DNA of 64,000 nt from Gaiellaceae bacterium (GTDB lineage Bacteria > Actinomycetota > Thermoleophilia > Gaiellales > Gaiellaceae): contig JBEKLL010000003.1 of the NCBI GenBank assembly GCA_050010215.1, positions 19,888-83,887 of the forward strand, written 5' to 3'. Position 1 is the first letter of the stretch. The number at the start of each line of letters is the position of its first letter. This document shows, piece by piece, positions 59,651 to 64,000 of this stretch. The position numbers were made by a program, and so were the translations under genes. The notes below the pieces were generated by a model that was not told the origin of the DNA, made no database searches, and saw only the letters and a program-made list of their open reading frames with translations.

Positions 59651-60310
59651 CTAGACGCTCTCGGGCTCTGTCGGGCCGGTGTCGAGTCGGAAGGGCGGGT
59701 ACTCGTCGCGCATCAACGCCGCGTAGGCGGTCACGCGCAGCACCCAGCGGTTCAAGCCCATGACGAAGTCGAACAGCTCAGGCGGGTAGCGCTTACGGAA
59801 GAGCAGGACGATGCCGGCGATCAGGACGAGCAGTCCGATCAGGCCCGGCCCCCAGATGTGGAAGCCGCCCCCGCCCAGGAACACGGCGAGAATCAGATAC
59901 TGGGGAATCGCCAGCAGCCACCACTTGACCAGCACCAGCCCACGCGAGAGACGCTCCGGGTGGTCGATCTCGAGCCCGGCCGGATAGTCGGGCGCCTCGC
60001 CGAGCGTGAAGGGCGGGTAGCGATCGGTGCCGAGCGCCCGGTAGGAGTAGAAGCAGACCCGCCAGGTCCAGCGCAGCACGCCGACGTTGAAGTCGAATAT
60101 TCCCCGCGGGTAGCGCCCTGTGAACAGGATCGCGAAGAACGCGAAGACGCTCATGAGGATGAAGGCGAGCCAGAGGAAGATGAGCACGACGTAGTGCGGG
60201 ATTAGGAGAAACCACTTGACCAGCCAGAGCCAGCGGCTGAGCTCACCGTCGAGCTCACCTCTGACCCGGACGTGACGAGCGAGGTCGGAACGAGTAGCGG
60301 GCGCTTCCAT
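59651..60310 (-). CDS. DUF4389-family membrane protein
   Basis: Two repeats of the YP..IFDF..G..RW..RV..Y......D.YPPF motif with intervening TM helices. Confidence 0.75.
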   Translation of the reverse strand: MEAPATRSDLARHVRVRGELDGELSRWLWLVKWFLLIPHYVVLIFLWLAFILMSVFAFFAILFTGRYPRGIFDFNVGVLRWTWRVCFYSYRALGTDRYPPFTLGEAPDYPAGLEIDHPERLSRGLVLVKWWLLAIPQYLILAVFLGGGGFHIWGPGLIGLLVLIAGIVLLFRKRYPPELFDFVMGLNRWVLRVTAYAALMRDEYPPFRLDTGPTEPESV

Positions 60311-60434
60311 GCTTCCTCCTCTACGAAGAATCCATACGAGCTTGCTCGATTATCAGCGCGGAAAACGCCTTTGTCGGTACGGGAAGCCGAACGCCGGGGT
60401 TCGGTGATCTCCCGATCATCGGATTGATGACGAA

Positions 60435-60596
60435 GCGCTCTCTCGCTTGCTAGGGGCGCCGCTGGCGGTGCGAGCCCGGAGAGGACAGTGGACACCACCA
60501 CGGCCTCGGAGAGGATCGTGCCGCCAGCGGGGTCAGACGGCTCCGGGCGACCGGTCGCGCCCGGGCGGTCGGAGCCGCCTGCCGAGAGCGCGGGAG
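60435..60596 (-). repeat. tRNA-trailer structured repeat (copy at tRNA-Arg UCG)
   Basis: P1 GCGCTCTC/GAGAGCGC. Hairpin CCGGGCG-cgaccggt-CGCCCGG nested in GGCTCCG/CGGAGCC. P2 CCGCTGGCGG/CCGCCAGCGG. Core CACTGTCCTCTCCGGGCTCGCAC. Confidence 0.75.
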
Positions 60597-60668
60597 CGGC
60601 CCCGGGAGGAATCGAACCTCCGCACGCGGATTCGAAGTCCGCCGCTCTATCCACTGAGCTACGGGGCC
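60597..60668 (-). tRNA. tRNA-Arg (anticodon UCG)
   Basis: Cloverleaf: GGCCCCG/CGGGGCC acceptor, anticodon loop CTTCGAA, T-arm GGAGG-TTCGATT-CCTCC. Confidence 0.88.
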
Positions 60669-60946
60669 CGGATGGGAGTATGCCCGAGCCGCGATCGAGC
60701 CGGAACGGACAGGGTCCCCAGCCCTCCTCTCCAAGGGCTCCGCCGGAAGCCGGAGATCCGCGGCAGCGCCTTGATCCCTCGAAGTGAGTAAAACAGGCCG
60801 GATTTCCCTCTGCCAGGTCGGATCACCACTCGAACGGGGGAGCATGGAAACGTTCTCGGAGCGGTACTTTCGAAGCACAAGTCGCAGCGAGTAATCGGCC
60901 CCCAACCCAGAACCCTCGCTGCGGTCGTCTGCGGAGAGGAGTAGCC

Positions 60947-62698
60947 GTGTACACGGACTGCGATAGAGGAAACACGCCTAGAGTCGCTCTCGATCTGCGC
61001 TGTCGCCTCGTGAAGACAGCCGGTCTGCTCGCCGTTTGCCTCGTTGCGCTGGTTTGTATAGGCAACGCAAGCGCAGCGACGAGCCCAGTCGACCCGACCC
61101 TCCTCGCCGACGCGGCATCGAGCCCGGCAAAGTCCGAGAAAGTCATCATTCTCAGCGACAAGGCTGTGGCCGGCGCGACCGATGCCTTCAACAAGGCCAG
61201 TGCGGTCAAGGACGGCTATGGAGCCGGGACTCTGCGGAGTCAGCTTCCGCTCGTCGGAGGGGTAGCCGTGACTCTGCCCGCCGCGCGCATGACGACGCTG
61301 GCGAAGATGTCCGGCTTGACGGTCAGCCCAGATTCCACGCTCAGGCAGACCGCCTTCGACAACTACTCCAACGTCCAACTCTGGCCGTACTTGAGCGGGA
61401 TCGCCCATCTGTGGACCTACCAGTGGAATCCGGCGCCGCCGACGCCGACCATCGCCGTCGTCGACTCGGGCGTCAGTACGAGCGTGCCCGATATGGCGAA
61501 TCGCCTACTCATTCCGCAGGTAAACCTCTGCACTTTGGCGCCAAACTCCGCGGGCGACGGCGACGGTCACGGCACCTTCGTCAGCTCGATCCTGGCCGGC
61601 GTCGGTAGCGGCCACGTCGGCGCTGCGCCGAACGGGAAGTTGATCTCGCTGGACGTCATCAACGATCAGGGCATGGCAACTACGAGCGACGTGATCGCCG
61701 CCGCGCAGTGGATCGTCGACCATCGATATCAGTACAACATCAAGGTCGCCAACTTCTCCTTGCAGTCGACGACGCCAAGCCACTTCGTCAACGATCCACT
61801 CGACAAAGCGGTCGAGAAACTCTGGCTCTCCGGAGTAGTGGTCGTAACCGCCGCCGGCAACTACGACGTCAACGGTCAATCGACCGCGGTACGCTACGCC
61901 CCCGCTAACGACCCCTTCGTGATCACGGTCGGCGCACTCGACAACAAAGGAACGCTCAACCGCTCCGACGACATCGCCGCTCCCTGGTCGACCTGGGGCT
62001 ACACGCTTGACGGATTCGCCAAGCCCGATATCGGCGCCTCCGGTCGCTACATGATCGGCGCCGTGCCGGCCGGCTCGACGCTCCTGAGCACCTTTCCCAA
62101 CAACGTCTACGCCCCCGGGTACCTGCAGCTCTCGGGCACCTCGTTCGCCGCGCCCGTCGTGGCCGGCGCGGCCGCTCAGCTACTGGCGCTGCATCCCGAG
62201 CTAACGCCTGACCAGGTCAAAGGCGCGCTCATGCTCGGCGCGGACCAGACACCGGCCGCCACACCCGGCTCGCTTGGAGTTGGCGAGCTCAACGTCGCCA
62301 AGTCGGCCAGTCTGCTCGGCGGTACGCTTCCGAACCCGAACGCGGCACTCGAGAACTACCTCGTTTACAACTGGACGGTCAGCACGATCCCCTATTTCGA
62401 CGGTAACTCGTGGGAGACGACGATCGCGAGCAACCCGAGCGGCTGGGACTCGTCGAGCTGGGAGACGAAGTGGTGGACGTCCGCTTCGCAGGAGACCAAG
62501 TGGTGGACATCGGTGGCCTGGGAAACGAAGTGGTGGACGTCTACATCGACAATCGACGTGGCCTGGGCGGCGCAAAGCCAGACCGATTTGACCAACGAAG
62601 TGGCGGCCCAGGGAGAGAAGAGCTCAAACCCCGATCTGCTCACGAACTCGGACTTCAAAGCTCTGCTTATCGACCCGCTGCTCGCTCCGGCGCCCTGA
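60947..62698 (+). CDS. secreted subtilisin-like serine protease (peptidase S8) with Trp-rich C-terminal repeats
   Basis: GGAGAGGAG SD before the GTG start. Signal peptide. Catalytic D (AVVDSGV), H (GHGTFV), S (SGTSFAAP). C-terminal WETKWWTS x3. Confidence 0.85.
   Translation: MYTDCDRGNTPRVALDLRCRLVKTAGLLAVCLVALVCIGNASAATSPVDPTLLADAASSPAKSEKVIILSDKAVAGATDAFNKASAVKDGYGAGTLRSQLPLVGGVAVTLPAARMTTLAKMSGLTVSPDSTLRQTAFDNYSNVQLWPYLSGIAHLWTYQWNPAPPTPTIAVVDSGVSTSVPDMANRLLIPQVNLCTLAPNSAGDGDGHGTFVSSILAGVGSGHVGAAPNGKLISLDVINDQGMATTSDVIAAAQWIVDHRYQYNIKVANFSLQSTTPSHFVNDPLDKAVEKLWLSGVVVVTAAGNYDVNGQSTAVRYAPANDPFVITVGALDNKGTLNRSDDIAAPWSTWGYTLDGFAKPDIGASGRYMIGAVPAGSTLLSTFPNNVYAPGYLQLSGTSFAAPVVAGAAAQLLALHPELTPDQVKGALMLGADQTPAATPGSLGVGELNVAKSASLLGGTLPNPNAALENYLVYNWTVSTIPYFDGNSWETTIASNPSGWDSSSWETKWWTSASQETKWWTSVAWETKWWTSTSTIDVAWAAQSQTDLTNEVAAQGEKSSNPDLLTNSDFKALLIDPLLAPAP
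62459..62548 (+). repeat. 3 x 30-bp coding tandem repeat (WETKWWTS...)
   Basis: TGGGAGACGAAGTGGTGGACGTC-type unit repeated three times in frame. Confidence 0.75.
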
Positions 62699-62732
62699 GT
62701 CTAAGCTAAAGGGATAACGCTAGCCGACGACG

Positions 62733-64000
62733 ATGAATCGTATGAACGGCCGTAGCGATGCGGCAGGCGAAATAACCCGCGCGTGGCTACCGCCGCGCGC
62801 GGCGCTTTTCTTCTTCCTGGTCCTGAGCGGAACGATCGTCGGGCTGGCGCCCTATTTGAGCAGGCTCGGTTCCAGGCACCACGAGCCCTGGCTGACCTTC
62901 GCCATCCTGGCTGCCTGCGCCGGCGTCGCGCACCTGCTTGTCGTCGTCACTCCCAAGAATCAGGGCTACGCGATCGACATGGTCTTCATCATCGCGGCGG
63001 TGCTGCTCTTGTCGCCGGAGTTGGCCGTGCTAGTGGCGGTGGCTCAGTTCGTCCCCGACTGGCTAAAAGAGCGGCGACCCTGGTACATACAGATCTTCAA
63101 CACCTGCGACTCGATGATCTCGATTCTGATTGCGAGCGCCGTTTTCCGCTACCTCCCCGGGAGCTCGCTGGCGGGGTCGCGGCACCTGCACTTCGCGCTC
63201 GCTGCGGCGGCAGCCAGCCTGGTCTTCGTCGCAGTCAATCACCTGCTCCTCGACGAGATCGTGCATCTGGCGCGCGCGCACTCCTTCCGCGATCTCGGCG
63301 TCTTCTCGCCCTCCAACTACGCGCCCGACCTGGTGCTCGTATCGGTCGGAATCGCGGTGGCCGCCTTCTGGCGCTACAACCCCATGCTCGTCCCGTTCGC
63401 TCTCGTTCCGTTGACGCTGATCCAGCGCTCGCTGTCGGTTCCGGCGCTCGAGGCCGAGGTTCGAGTCGATCCCAAGACGGGTCTCTACAACGCCCGCTAC
63501 TTCGGCGGCGTTTTCGCCGAGGCGCTCGAGCGCGCGCGGCGGCGGCACCGGCCGCTGGCGCTGATGATGGTTGATCTCGACCTCCTGCGGGAGATCAACA
63601 ACACCTACGGCCATCTCGCCGGCGACAGCGTGATCAGAGGCGTGGCCGAGGTCTTCCGCGCCCACCTACGCATCGAGGATGTACCGGCTCGCTTCGGCGG
63701 CGAGGAGTACAGCGTGCTTTTACCTGACACGCCGCTCGCTGAGGCGCTCGAGATCGCCGAGCGGATCCGGCGCGAAGTGGCGGCACGACCCATCCACCTC
63801 GAGACGACCGCCGAGCCGATCCGGGCGACCGTGTCGATCGGGGTCGCCTGCTTCCCGACCGACGGCACGAGCCAGACCGAGCTGGTTCATCAAGCCGACC
63901 TGGCCGTCTATCGGGCCAAGCTCCAGGGCCGAAACCGCGTCGTTGCAGCCTCGGCCGAGCTCGGTCTACTCATCGAGCCCGCAAAGGCGGCCACGGTCAT
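62733..64000 (+). CDS. membrane-anchored diguanylate cyclase (GGDEF), 3'-partial at the window edge
   Basis: Hand-translated frame: MNRMNGRSD.. with about 6 TM helices, then DPKTGLYNARYF..DLDLLREINNTYGHLAGD..RFGGEEYSVLL. No stop before 64000, so it is absent from the ORF track. Confidence 0.8.
   Translation, partial: MNRMNGRSDAAGEITRAWLPPRAALFFFLVLSGTIVGLAPYLSRLGSRHHEPWLTFAILAACAGVAHLLVVVTPKNQGYAIDMVFIIAAVLLLSPELAVLVAVAQFVPDWLKERRPWYIQIFNTCDSMISILIASAVFRYLPGSSLAGSRHLHFALAAAAASLVFVAVNHLLLDEIVHLARAHSFRDLGVFSPSNYAPDLVLVSVGIAVAAFWRYNPMLVPFALVPLTLIQRSLSVPALEAEVRVDPKTGLYNARYFGGVFAEALERARRRHRPLALMMVDLDLLREINNTYGHLAGDSVIRGVAEVFRAHLRIEDVPARFGGEEYSVLLPDTPLAEALEIAERIRREVAARPIHLETTAEPIRATVSIGVACFPTDGTSQTELVHQADLAVYRAKLQGRNRVVAASAELGLLIEPAKAATV

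Noticed and set aside
62783-63574. 263-aa Arg/Ala-rich ORF
   Set aside because: It is an off-frame artefact over the membrane domain of the GGDEF gene. It has low-complexity Arg-rich composition typical of wrong-frame high-GC ORFs.

Overview
High-GC (about 68-70%) chromosomal segment that looks actinobacterial, possibly Thermoleophilia/Rubrobacteria-like; that assignment is inference from gene content and composition only. Most of the window is housekeeping: pyrE-hup-pyrF, a LysM protein and a D-Ala-D-Ala carboxypeptidase, guaB-guaA, rplM-rpsI-glmM-glmS, acpS-nnr-alr-cca, fabI, trxA, ileS, ispH, and a GAF/PAS histidine kinase with a response regulator.

Four things stand out.

(1) A cell-envelope glycosylation island of about 14 kb (10.5-24.8 kb). 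It holds a duplicated two-gene module (an anchored tandem-domain protein plus a roughly 790-aa polytopic GT-C-like protein). It also holds GT4, a methyltransferase, a flippase-like protein and a translationally coupled GT2/DUF2304 pair. Alongside these sit a 744-aa collagen-like surface protein and a decayed collagen-like pseudogene.

(2) A REP/RAYT system. An IS200-like HUH tyrosine transposase is flanked by TTGACACC...CGGTGTCNGACACCG repeats, with more copies elsewhere in the window.

(3) A tRNA-rich stretch (54.6-60.7 kb) with six tRNAs, none encoding CCA. Four tRNAs, and also fabI, are followed directly by a structured repeat of about 150 nt that I could not match to any known family. It has three helices with compensatory base changes. 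Partial copies follow tRNA-His and sit in tandem after the tRNA-Gly copy.

(4) At tRNA-Pro this repeat is bracketed by a 19-nt duplication of the tRNA 3' end, an att-like signature of integration.

A membrane GGDEF gene runs off the right edge and is missing from the ORF track. Many long ORFs in the track are antisense or off-frame GC artefacts and were rejected. CDS coordinates include the stop codon.
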